A stretch of DNA of 64,000 nucleotides from Eledone cirrhosa (taxonomy: Eukaryota): positions 273,482,001-273,546,000 of the forward strand of contig OZ024741.1 in NCBI GenBank assembly GCA_964016885.1, read 5' to 3'. This document shows positions 1 to 13,469 of the stretch, in pieces. Position numbers and translations under genes: made by a program. Below the pieces are notes generated by a model. It had not been told where the DNA came from. It did not search any database and saw nothing but the letters and a program-made list of their open reading frames with translations. Numbering within the stretch: the stretch's first letter is position 1; each line of letters starts with the position of its first letter.

Positions 1-2199
1 ATAGTGTCTGTAAAGTGTCTGTATATCACTATGTCACTGTTATCAGACAAGATAGTGTCTGTAATGTGCCTGTATGTCACTATGTGACCGCTATCAGACC
101 AGATACTGACTGTAAAGTGTCTGTATGTCACTATGTCACTGTTATCAGACCCGATAGTGTCTGTAAAGTATCTGTGTGTCACTATGTCACCGCTATCAGA
201 CCAGATAGTGTCTGTAAAGTCTCTGTATGTCACTATGTCACTGTTATCAGACCAGATAGTGTCTGTAAAGTGTCTGTATGTCACTATGTCACTGTTATCA
301 GACAAGATAGTGTCTGTAATGTGTCTGTATGTCACTATGTCACCGATATCAGACCAGATAGTGTCTGTAAAGTGTCTGAATGTCACTATGTCACTGTTAT
401 CAGACCAGATAGTGTCTGTAAAGTGTCTGTATGTCACTATGTCACTGTTATCAGACCAGATAGTGTCTGTAAAGTGTCTGTATGTCACTATGTCACTGTT
501 ATCAGACCAGACAGTGTCTGTAAAGTGTCTGTATGTCACTATGTCACTGCTGTCAGACCAGATAGTGTCTGTAAAGTGTCTGTATGTCACCATGTTACCG
601 CTATCAGACCAGATAGTGTCTGTAATGTGTCTGTATGTCACTATGTCACCGTTATCAGACCAGATAGTGTCTGTAATGTGGCTGTATGTCACTATGTCAC
701 TGCGATCCGACCAGATAGTGTCTGTACGTCACTATGTCACCGCTATCAGACCAGATAGTGTCTGTAAAGTGGCTGTATGTCACTATGTCACCGCTATCAG
801 ACCAGATAGTGTCTGTAATGTGGCTGTATGTCACTATGTCACTGCGATCAGACCAGATAGTGTCTGTATGTCACTATGTCATCGCTATCAGACCAGATAG
901 TGTCTGTAAAGTGGCTGTATGTCACTATGTCACCGCTATCAGACCAGATAGTGTCTGTAATGTGGCTGTATGTCACTATGTCACTGCGATCAGACCAAAT
1001 AGTGTCTGTATGTCACTATGTCACCGCTATCAGACCAGATAGTGTCTGTGTGTCACTATGTCACCGTTATCAGACCAGATAGTGTCTGTAAAGTGTATGT
1101 ATGTCACCATGTCACCGCTATCAGGCCAGATAGTGTCTGCATATCACTATGTCACCGTTATCAAACCAGATAGTGTCTGTAAAGTGGCTGTATGTCACTA
1201 TGTCACCGTTATCAGACCAGATAGTGTCTGTAAAGTGACTGTATGTCACTATGTCACCACTATCAGACCAGATAGTGTCTGCAAAATGTCTGTATGTCAC
1301 TGTGTCACCGCTATCAGACCACATAGTGTCTGTAAAGTGGCTGTATGTCACTATGTCACCGTTATCAGACCAGATAGTGTCTGTAAAGTGTCTGTATGTC
1401 ACTATGTCACCGTTATCAGACCAGATAGTGTCTGTAAAGTGTCTGTATGTCACTGTGTCACCGCTATCAGACCAGATAGTGTCTGTAAAGTGGCTGTATG
1501 TCACTATGTCACCGTTATCAGACCAGATAGTGTCTGTAAAGTGGCTGTATGTCACTGTGTCACCGCTATCAGACTAGATAGTGTCTGTAAAGTGGCTGTA
1601 TGTCACTATGTCACCGTTATCAGACCAGATAGTGTCTGTAAAGTGTCTGTATGTCACTGTGTCACCGCTATCAGACCAGATAGTGTCTGTAAAGTGGCTG
1701 TATGTCACTATATCACCGTTATCAGACCAGATAGTGTGTGTATGTCACTATGTCACCGCTATCAGACAAGATAGTGTCTGTAAAGTGTTTGTATGTCACT
1801 ATGTCACAGTTATCAGACCAGATAGTGTCTGTAAAGTGTCTGTATGTCACTATGTCACTGTTATCAGACCAGATAGTGTCTGTAATGTGTCTGTATATCA
1901 CTATGTCACCGCTATCAGACCAGATAGTGTCTGTATGTCACTATGTCACCGCTATCAGACCAGATAGTGTCTGTATTTCACTATGTCACCGCTATCAGAC
2001 CAGATAGTGTCTGTAAAGTGTCTGTATGTCACTATGTCACTGTTATCAGACCAGATAGTTTCTGTAAAATGTCTGTATGTCACTGTGTCACCGTTATCAG
2101 ACAAGATAGTGTCTGTAAAGTGTCTGTATGTAACTGTGTCACCGTTATCAGACCAGATAGTGTCTGTAAAGTGTCTGTATGTCACTATGTCACTGTTAT

Positions 2200-5100
2200 C
2201 AGACCAGATAGTGTCTGTAAAGTGTCTGTATGTCACTATGTCACTGTTATCAGACCAGATAGTGTCTGTAACGTGCCTGTATGTCACTATGTGACTGTAT
2301 TCAGACCAGATAGTGTCTGTAAAGTCTCTGTATGTCACTATGTCACTGTTATCAGACCAGATAGTGTCTGTAAAGTGTCTGTATGTCACTATGTCACTGT
2401 TATCAGACAAGATAGTGTCTGTAATGTGTCTGTATGTCACTATGTCACCGCTATCAGACCTGATAGTGTCTGTAAAGTGTCTGAATGTCACTATGTCACC
2501 GTTATCAGACCAGATAGTGTCTGTAAAGTGTCTGTATGTCACTATGTCACTGCCATCAGACCAGATAGTGTCTGTAAAGTGTCTGTATGTCACTATGTCA
2601 CTGTTATCAGACCAGATAGTGTCTGTAATGTGTCTGTATGTCACTATGTCACCGCTATCAGACCAGATAGTGTCTGTAAAGTGTCTGTATGTCACTACGT
2701 CACTGTTATCAGACCAGACAGTGTCTGTAAAGTGTCTGTATGTCACTATGTCACGGCTGTCAGACCAGATAGTGTCTGTAAAATGTCTGTATGTCATTAT
2801 GTCACTGTCATCAGACCAGATAGTGTCTGTAATGTGTCTGTATGTCACTATGTCACCGCTATCAGACCAGACAGTGTCTTTATGTCACTATGTCACCGCT
2901 ATCAGACCAGATAGTGTCTGTAATGTGGCTGTATGTCACTATGTCACCGCTATCAGACCAGATAGTGTCTGTAAAGTGTCTGTATGTCACTGTGTCACCG
3001 TTATCAGACCAGATAGTGTCTGTAAAGTGTCTGTATGTCACTATGTCACTGTTATCAGACAAGATAGTGTCTGTAAAATGTCTGTATGTCACTATGTCAC
3101 TGTTATCAGACCAGATAGTGTCTGTAATGTGCCTGTATGTCACTATGTGACCGCTATCAGACCAGATAGTGTCTGTAAAGTGTCTGTATGTCACCATGTC
3201 ACTGTTATCAGACCAGATAGTGTCTGTAAAGTATCTGTGTGTCACTATGTCACCACTATCAGACCAGATAGTGTCTGTAAAGTCTCTGTATGTCACTATG
3301 TCACTGTTATCAGACCAGATAGTGTCTGTAAAGTGTCTGTATGTCACTATGTCACTGTTATCAGACAAGATAGTGTCTGTAATGTGTCTGTATGTCACTA
3401 TGTCACCGTTATCAGACCAGATAGTGTCTGTAAAGTGTCTGAATGTCACTATGTCACTGTTATGAGACCAGATAGTGTCTGTAAAGTGTCTGTATGTCAC
3501 TATGTCACCGTTATCAGACCAGATAGTGTCTGTATGTCACTATTTCACCGCTATCAAACCAGATAGTGTCTGTAAACTGTCTGTATGTCACTATGTCACT
3601 GTTATCAGACCAGACAGTGTCTGTAAAGTGTCTGTATGTCACTATGTCACTGCTATCAGACCAGATAGTGTCTGTAAAGTGTCTGTATGTCACTATGTCA
3701 CTGTTATCAGACCAGATAGTGTCTGTAATGTGTCTGTATGTCACTATGTCACCGCTATCAGGCCAGACAGTGTCTGTATGTCACTATGTCACCGCTATCA
3801 GACCAGATAGTGTCTGTAATGTGGCTGTATGTCACTATGTCACCGCAATCAGACCAGATAGTGTCTGTAATTTGGCTGTATGTCACTATGTCACCGCGAT
3901 CAGACCAGATAGTGTCTGTATGTCACTATGTCACCGCTATCAGACCAGATAGTGTCTGTAATGTGGCTGTATGTCACTATGTCACCGCGATCAGACCAGA
4001 TAGTGTCTGTATGTCACTATGTCACCGCTATCAGACCAGATAGTGTCTGTAATGTGTCTGTATTTCACTATGTCACCGCTATCAGACCAAATAATGTCTG
4101 TAATGTGTCTGTATTTCACTATGTCACCGCTATCAGACCAGATAGTATCTGTAATATGGCTGTATGTCACTATGTCACCGTTATCAGACCAGATAGTGTC
4201 TGTAAAGTGTCTGTATGTCACTGTGTCACCGCTATCAGACCAGATAGTGTCTGTAAAGTGGCTGTATTTCACTATGTCACCGTTATCAGACCAGATAGTG
4301 TCTGTAAAGTGTCTGTAGTCACTATGTCACGGTTATCAGACGAGATAGTGTCTGTAAAGTGTCTGTATGTCACTGTGTCACCGCTATCAGACCAGATAGT
4401 GTCTGTAAAGTGGCTGTATGTCACTATGTCACCGTTATCTGACCAGATAGTGTCTGTAAAGTGTCTGTATGTCACTGTGTCACCGCTATCAGACCAGATA
4501 GTGTCTGTAAAGTGGCTGTATGTCACTATGTCACCGTTATCTGACCAGATAGTGTCTGTAAAGTGTCTGTATGTCACTGTGTCACCGCTATCAGACCAGA
4601 TAGTGTCTCTAAAGTGGCTGTATGTCACTATGTCACCGTTATCAGACCAGATAGTGTCTGTAAAGTGTCTGTATGTCACTATGTCACGGTTATCAGACCA
4701 GATAGTGTCTGTAAAGTGTCTGTATGTCACTATGTTAACGTTATCTGACCAGATAGTGTCTGTAAAGTGTCTGTATGTCACTATGTCACCGTTATCTGAC
4801 CAGATAGTGTCTGTAAAGTGGCTGTATGTCACTATATCACCGTTATCAGACCAGATAGTGTCTGTATGTCACTATGTCGCCGCTATCAGACCAGATAGTG
4901 TCTGTAAAGTGTCTGTATGTCACTATGTCACTGTTATCAGACCAGATAGTGTCTGTAAAGTTTCTGTATGTCACTATGTCACTGTTATCAGACTAGATAG
5001 TGTCTGTAAAGTGTCTGTATGTCACTATGTCACCGTTATCAGACCAGATAGTGTCTGTAACATGTCTGTATGTCACTATGTCACTGTTATCAGACCAGAT

Positions 5101-6300
5101 AGTGTCTGTAAAGTGTCTGTGTGTCACTATGTCACCACTATCAGACCAGATAGTGTCTGTAAAGTGTCTATATGTCACTATGTCACCGCTATCAGACCAG
5201 ATAGTATCTGTAAAGTCTCTATATGTCACTATGTCACAGTTATCAGACCAGATAGTGTCTTTAAAGTGTCTGTATGTCACTATGTCACCGTTATCAGACC
5301 AGATAGTGTCTGTAAAGTGTCTGTATGTCACTATGTCACCGTTATCAGACTAGATAGTGTCTGTAAAGTGTCTGTATGTCACTATGTCATCGCTATCAGA
5401 CCAGATAGTGTCTGTAAAGTGTCTGTATGTCACTGTGTCACCGTTATCAGACCAGATAGTGTCTGTAAAGTGTCTGTATGTCACTATGTCACTTTTATCA
5501 GACCAGATAGTGTCTGTAAAGTGTCTGTATGTCACTATGTCACTGTTATCAGACCAGATAGTGTCTGTAATGTGTCTGTATGTCACTATGTCACCGCTAT
5601 CAGACCAGAGAGTGTCTGTAAAGTGGCTGTATTTCACTATGTCACCGCTATCAGACCAGATAGTGTCTGTAAAGTGTCTGTATGTCACTATGTCACTGTT
5701 ATCAGACCAGATAGTGTCAGTAAAGTGTCTGTATATCACTATCTCACCGCCATCAGACCAGATAGTGTCTGTATGTCACTATGTCACTGTTATCAGACCA
5801 GATAGTGTCTGTAAAGTGTCTGTATGTCACTATGTCACTGTTATCAGACCAGATAGTGTCTGTAATGTGTCTGTATGTCACTATGTCACCGCTATCAGAC
5901 CAGATAGTGTCTGTAATGTGTCTGTATGTCACTATGTCACCGCTATCAGACCAGATAGTGTCTGTAAAGTGTCTGTAGGTCACTATGTCACCGTTATCAG
6001 ACTAGATAGTGTCTGGAAAGTGTCTGTAAGTCACTATGTCACCGCTATCAGACCAGATAGTGTCTGTAAAGTGTCTGTATGTCACTATGTCACTGTTATC
6101 AGACCAGATAGTGTCTGTAAAGTGTCTGTATGTCACTGTGTCACCGTTATCAGACCAGATAGTGTCTGTAAAGTGTCTGTATGTCACTGTGTCACCGTTA
6201 TCAGACCAGATAGTGTCTGGAAAGTGTCTGTAAGTCACTATGTCACCGCTATCAGACCAGATAGTGTCTGTAAAGTGTCTGTATGTCACTATGTCACTGT
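2200..6300 (+). repeat. Multi-kb block whose variant order recurs at about 10400-14390 (offset about 8.0-8.25 kb)
   Basis: ORFs 2880..3500 and 10891..11511 have identical translations (offset 8011). ORFs at 4993 and 12993 match (offset 8000). A rare 1-bp deletion, GTCTGTAGTC, is shared at 4311 and 12271. Boundaries are approximate. Confidence 0.88.
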
Positions 6301-9300
6301 TATCAGACCAGATAGTGTCTGTAATGTGTCTGTATGTCACTATGTCACCGCAATCAGACCAGATAGTGTCTGTAAAGTGTCTGTATGTCACTATGTCACA
6401 GTTATCAGACTAGATAGTGTCTGTAAAGTGTCTGTATGTCACTATGTCACTGTTATCAGACCAGATAGTGTCTGTAAAGTGTCTGTATGTCACTATGTCA
6501 CTGTTATCAGACCAGATAGTGTCTGTAACGTGTCTGTATGTCACTATGTGACCACTATCAGACCAGATAGTGTCTGTAAAGTGTCTGTATGTCAAAATGT
6601 CACTGTTATCAGACCAGATAGGGTCTGTAAAGTTTCTGTGTGTCACTATGTCACCGCTATCAGACCAGATAGTGTCTGTATGTCACAATGTCACCGCTAT
6701 CAGACCAGACAGTGTCTTTAAAGTCTCTGCATGTCACTATGTCACTGTTATCAGACCAGATAGTGTCTGTAAAGTGTCTGTGTGTCACTATGTCACTGTT
6801 ATCAGACAAGACAGTGTCTGTAATGTGTCTGTATGTCACTATGTCACCGCTATCAGACCAGATAGTGTCTGTATGTCACTATGTCACTGTTATCAGACAA
6901 GATAGTGTCTGTAAAGTGTGTGTATGTCACTATGTCACTGTTATCAGACCAGATAGTGTCTGTAAAGTGGCTGTATGTCACTATGTCACCGTTATCAGAC
7001 CAGTTAGTGTCTGTAACGTATCTGTATGTCACTATGTCACCGTTATCAGACTAGATAGTGTCTGTAAAGTGTCTGTGTGTCACTATGTCACTGTTATCAG
7101 ACAAGACAGTGTCTGTAATGTGTCTGTATGTCACTATGTCACCGCTATCAGACCAGATAGTGTCTGTATGTCACTATGTCACTGTTATCAGACCAGATAG
7201 TGTCTGTAAAGTGTCTGTATGTCACTATGTCACTGTTATCAGACCAGATAGTGTCTGTAACGTGTCTGTATGTCACTATGTCACCGCTATCAGACCAGAT
7301 AGTGTCTGTAATGTGTCTGTATGTCACTATGTCACCGCTATCAGACCAGATAGTGTCTGTAAAGTGTCTGTAGGTCACTATGTCACCGTTATCAGACTAG
7401 ATAGTGTCTGGAAAGTGTCTGTAAGTCACTATGTCACCGCTATCAGACCAGATAGTGTCTGTAAAGTGTCTGTATGTCACTATGTCACTGTTATCAGACC
7501 AGATAGTGTCTGTAAAGTGTCTGTATGTCACTGTGTCACCGTTATCAGACCAGATGGTGTCTGTAAAGTGTCTGTATGTCACTGTGTCACCGTTATCAGA
7601 CCAGATAGTGTCTGTAAAGTGTCTGTATGTCACTATGTCACTGTTATCAGACCAGATAGTGTCTGTAAAGTGTCTGTATGTCACTATGTCACTGTTATCA
7701 GACCAGATAGTGTCTGTAACGTGTCTGTATGTCACTATATGACCACTATCAGACCAGATAGTGTCTGTAAAGTGTCTGTATGTCACTATGTCACTGTTAT
7801 CAGACCAGAAGTGTCTTTAAAGTGTCTGTGTGTCACTATGTCACCGCTATCAGACCAGATAGTGTCTGTATGTCACAATGTCACCACTATCAGACCAGAT
7901 AGTGTCTGTAACGTGTCTGTATGTCACTATGTCACTGTTATCAGACCAGATAGTGTCTGTAAAGTGTCTGTGTGTCACTATGTCACTGTTATCAGACCAG
8001 ATAGTGTCTGTAAAGTGTCTGTGTGTCACTAAGTCACCGCTATCAGACCAGATAGTGTCTGTATGTCACAATGTCACCACTATCAGACCAGATAGTGTCT
8101 GTAACGTGTCTGTATGTCACTATGTGACCACTATCAGACCAGATAGTGTCTGTAAAATCTCTGCATGTCACTATGTCACTCTTATCAGACCAGATAGTGT
8201 CTGTAAAGTGTCTGTATGTCACTATGTCACTGTTATCAGACAAGACAGTGTCTGTAATGTGTCTGTATGTCACTATGTCACCGCTATCAGACTAGATAGT
8301 GTCTGTATGTCACTATGTCACTGTTATCAGACCAGATAGTGTCTGTAAAGTGTCTGTATGTCACTGTGTCACTGTTATCAGACCAGATAGTGTCTGTAAA
8401 GTGTGTGTATGTCACTATGTCACTGTTATCAGACCAGATAGTGTCTGTAAAATGGCTGTATGTCACTATGTCACTGTTATCAGACCAGATAGTGTCTGTA
8501 AAGTGGCTGTATGTCACTATGTCACTGTTATCAGACCAGATAGTGTCTGTAAAGTGGCTGTATGTCACTATGTCACTGTTATCAGACCAGATAGTGTCTG
8601 CAAAGTGGCTGTATGTCACTATGTCACCCCTATGAGACCAGATGGTGTCTGTAAAGTGTCTGTATGTCACTATGTCACCGCTATCAGACCAGATAGTGTC
8701 TGTATGTCACTATGTCACCGCTATCAGACCAGATAGTGTCTGTAATGTGTCTGTATGTCACTATGTCACCGCTATCAGACCAGATAGTGTCTGTAAAGTG
8801 TCTGTATGTCACTATCTCACCGCTATCGGACCAGATAGTGTCTGTAAAGTGTCTGTATGAAACTATGTCAACGCTATCAGACCAGATAGTGTCTGTAAAG
8901 TGTCTGTATGTCACTATGTCACTGTTATCAGACCAGATAGTGTCTGTAAAGTGTCTGTATGTCACTATGTCACCGCTAGCAGACCAGATAGTGTCTGTAA
9001 AGTGTCTGTATGTCACTATATCACCGCTATCAGACCAGATAGTGTCTGTAAAGTGTCTGTATGTCACTATGTCACCGCTAGCAGACCAGATAGTGTCTGT
9101 AAAGTGTCTGTATGTCACTATGTCACCGCTATCAGACCAGATAGTGTCTGTAAAGTGTCTGTATGTCACTATATGACCGCTATCAGACCAGATAGTGTCT
9201 GTATGACACTATGTCACCGCTATCAGACCAGATAGTGTCTGTAATGTGTCTGTATGTCACTATGTCACTGTTATCAGACCAGATAGTGTCTGTAAAATGT

Positions 9301-12300
9301 CTGTATGTCACTATGTCACCGCTATCAGTCCAGATAGTGTCTGAAAAGTGTCTGTATGTCACTATGTCACTGTCATCAGACCAGATAGTGTCTGTAAAGT
9401 GTCTGTATGTCACTATGTCACCGCTATCAGACCAGATGGTGTCTGTAATGTGTCTGTATGTCACTATGTCACCGCTATCAGACCAGATAGTGTCTGTAAA
9501 GTGTCTGAATGTCACTATGTCACCGCTATCTGACCAGATAGTGTCTGTAAAGTGTCTGTATGTCACTGTGTCACCGTTATCAGACCAGATAGTGTCTGTG
9601 TGTCACTATGTCACTGTTATCAGACCAGATAGTGTCTGTAAAGTGTCTGTATGTCACTATGTCACTGTTATCAGACCAGATAGTGTCTGTAAAGTGTCTG
9701 TATGTGACTATGTCACCGCTATCAGACCAGATAGTGTCTGTATGTCACTATGTCACCCCTATGAGACCAGATAGTGTCTGTAAAGTGTCTGTGTATCACT
9801 ATGTCACCGCTATCAGACCAGATAGTGTCTGTAAAGTGTCTGTATGTCACTATGTCACCGCTATCAGACCAGATAGTGTCTGTAAAGTGTCTGTATGTCA
9901 CTATGTCACCGCTATCAGACCAGATAGTGTCTGTATGTCACTATGTCACGGCTATCAGACCAGATAGTGTCTGTAAAGTGTCTGTATGTCACTATGTCAC
10001 TGTTATCAGACCAGATAGTGTCTGTAAAGTGTCTGTATGTCACTATGTCACTGTTATCAGACCAGATAGTGTCTGTAAAGTGTCTGTATGTCACTATGTC
10101 ACTGTTATCAGACTAGATAGTGTCTGTAAAGTGTCTGTATGTCACTATGTCACTGTTATCAGACTAGATAGTGTCTGTAAAGTTTCTGTATGTCATTATG
10201 TCACTGTTATCAGACCAGATAGTGTCTGTAAAGTGTCTGTATGTCACTATGTCACCGCTATCAGACCAGATAGTGTCTGTATGTCACTATGTCACGGCTA
10301 TCAGACCAGATAGTGTCTGTAAAGTGTCTGTATGTCACTATGTCACTGTTATCAGACCAGATAGTGTCTGTAAAGTGTCTGTATGTCACTATGTCACTGT
10401 TATCAGACTAGATAGTGTCTGTAAAGTGTCTGTATGTCACTATGTCACTGTTATCAGACCAGATAGTGTCTGTAAAGTGTCTGTATGTCACTATGTCACT
10501 GTTATCAGACCAGATAGTGTCTGTAACGTGCCTGTATGTCACTATGTGACTGCTATCAGACCACATAGTGTCTGTAAAGTCTCTGTATGTCACTATGTCA
10601 CTGTTATCAGACCAGATAGTGTCTGTAAAGTGTCTGTATGTCACTATGTCACTGTTATCAGACCAGATAGCTTCTGTAATGTGTCTGTATGTCACTATGT
10701 CACCGCTATCAGACCAGATAGTGTCTGTAAAGTGTCTGTATGTCACTACGTCACTGTTATCAGACCAGACAGTGTCTGTAAAGTGTCTGTATGTCACTAT
10801 GTCACTGCTGTCAGACCAGATAGTGTCTGTAAAGTGTCTGTATGTCACTATGTCACTGTCATCAGACCAGATAGTGTCTGTAATGTGTCTTTATGTCACT
10901 ATGTCACCGCTATCAGACCAGATAGTGTCTGTAATGTGGCTGTATGTCACTATGTCACCGCTATCAGACCAGATAGTGTCTGTAAAGTGTCTGTATGTCA
11001 CTGTGTCACCGTTATCAGACCAGATAGTGTCTGTAAAGTGTCTGTATGTCACTATGTCACTGTTATCAGACAAGATAGTGTCTGTAAAATGTCTGTATGT
11101 CACTATGTCACTGTTATCAGACCAGATAGTGTCTGTAATGTGCCTGTATGTCACTATGTGACCGCTATCAGACCAGATAGTGTCTGTAAAGTGTCTGTAT
11201 GTCACCATGTCACTGTTATCAGACCAGATAGTGTCTGTAAAGTATCTGTGTGTCACTATGTCACCACTATCAGACCAGATAGTGTCTGTAAAGTCTCTGT
11301 ATGTCACTATGTCACTGTTATCAGACCAGATAGTGTCTGTAAAGTGTCTGTATGTCACTATGTCACTGTTATCAGACAAGATAGTGTCTGTAATGTGTCT
11401 GTATGTCACTATGTCACCGTTATCAGACCAGATAGTGTCTGTAAAGTGTCTGAATGTCACTATGTCACTGTTATGAGACCAGATAGTGTCTGTAAAGTGT
11501 CTGTATGTCACTATGTCACCGTTATCAGACCAGATAGTGTCTGTATGTCACTATGTCACCGCTATCAAACCAGATAGTGTCTGTAAACTGTCTGTATGTC
11601 ACTATGTCACTGTTATCAGACCAGACAGTGTCTGTAAAGTGTCTGTATGTCACTATGTCACTGCTATCAGACCAGATAGTGTCTGTAAAGTGTCTGTATG
11701 TCACTATGTCACTGTTATCAGACCAGATAGTGTCCGTAATGTGTCTGTATGTCACTATGTCACCGCTATCAGGCCAGACAGTGTCTGTATGTCACTATGT
11801 CACCGCTATCAGACCAGATAGTGTCTGTAATGTGGCTGTATTTCACTATGTCACCGCGATCAGACCAGATAGTGTCTGTAATGTGGCTGTATGTCACTAT
11901 GTCACCGCGATCAGACCAGATAGTGTCTGTATGTCACTATGTCACCGCTATCAGACCAGATAGTGTCTGTAATGTGGCTGTATGTCACTATGTCACCGCG
12001 ATCAGACCAGATAGTGTCTGTATTTCACTATGTCACCGCTATCAGACCAAATAATGTCTGTAATGTGTCTGTATTTCACTATGTCACCGCTATCAGACCA
12101 GATAGTATCTGTAATATGGCTGTATGTCACTATGTCACCGTTATCAGACCAGATAGTGTCTGTAAAGTGTCTGTATGTCACTGTGTCACCGCTATCAGAC
12201 CAGATAGTGTCTGTAAAGTGGCTGTATTTCACTATGTCACCGTTATCAGACCAGATAGTGTCTGTAAAGTGTCTGTAGTCACTATGTCACGGTTATCAGA

Positions 12301-13469
12301 CGAGATAGTGTCTGTAAAGTGTCTGTATGTTACTGTGTCACCGCTATCAGACCAGATAGTGTCTGTAAAGTGGCTGTATGTCACTATGTCACCGTTATCT
12401 GACCAGATAGTGTCTGTAAAGTGTCTGTATTTCACTGTGTCACCGCTATCAGACCAGATAGTGTCTGTAAAGTGTCTGTATGTCACTGTGTCACCGCTAT
12501 CAGACCAGATAGTGTCTGTAAAGTGGCTGTATGTCACTATGTCACCGTTATCAGACCAGATAGTGTCTGTAAAGTGTCTGTATGTCACTATGTCACGGTT
12601 ATCAGACCAGATAGTGTCTGTAAAGTGTCTGTATGTCACTATGTCAACGTTATCTGACCAGATAGTGTCTGTAAAGTGGCTGTATGTCACTATATCACCG
12701 TTATCAGACCAGATAGTGTCTGTATGTCACTATGTCGCCGCTATCAGACCAGATAATGTCTGTAATGTGGCTGTATGTCACTATGTGACTGGTATCAGAC
12801 CAGATAGTGTCTGTAAAGTGTCCGTATGTCACTATGTCACCGCTATCAGACCAGATAGTGTCTGTATGTCACTATGTCACCGCTATCAGACCAGATAGTG
12901 TCTGTAAAGTGTCTGTATGTCACTATGTCACTGTTATCAGACCAGATAGTGTCTGTAAAGTTTCTGTATGTCACTATGTCACTGTTATCAGACTAGATAG
13001 TGTCTGTAAAGTGTCTGTATGTCACTATGTCACCGTTATCAGACCAGATAGTGTCTGTAAAATGTCTGTATGTCACTATGTCACTGTTATCAGACCAGAT
13101 AGTGTCTGTAAAGTGTCTGTGTGTCACTATGTCACCACTATCAGACCAGATAGTGTCTGTAAAGTGTCTATATGTCACTATGTCACCGCTATCAGACCAG
13201 ATAGTATCTGTAAAGTCTCTATATGTCACTATGTCACAGTTATCAGACCAGATAGTGTCTTTAAAGTGTCTGTATGTCACTATGTCACCGTTATCAGACC
13301 AGATAGTGTCTGTAAAGTGTCTGTATGTCACTATGTCACCGTTATCAGACTAGATAGTATCTGTAAAGTGTCTGTATGTCATTATGTCATCGCTATCAGA
13401 CCAGATAGTGTCTGTAAAGTGTCTGTATGTCACTATGTCACTGTTATCAGACCAGATAGTGTCTGTAAA

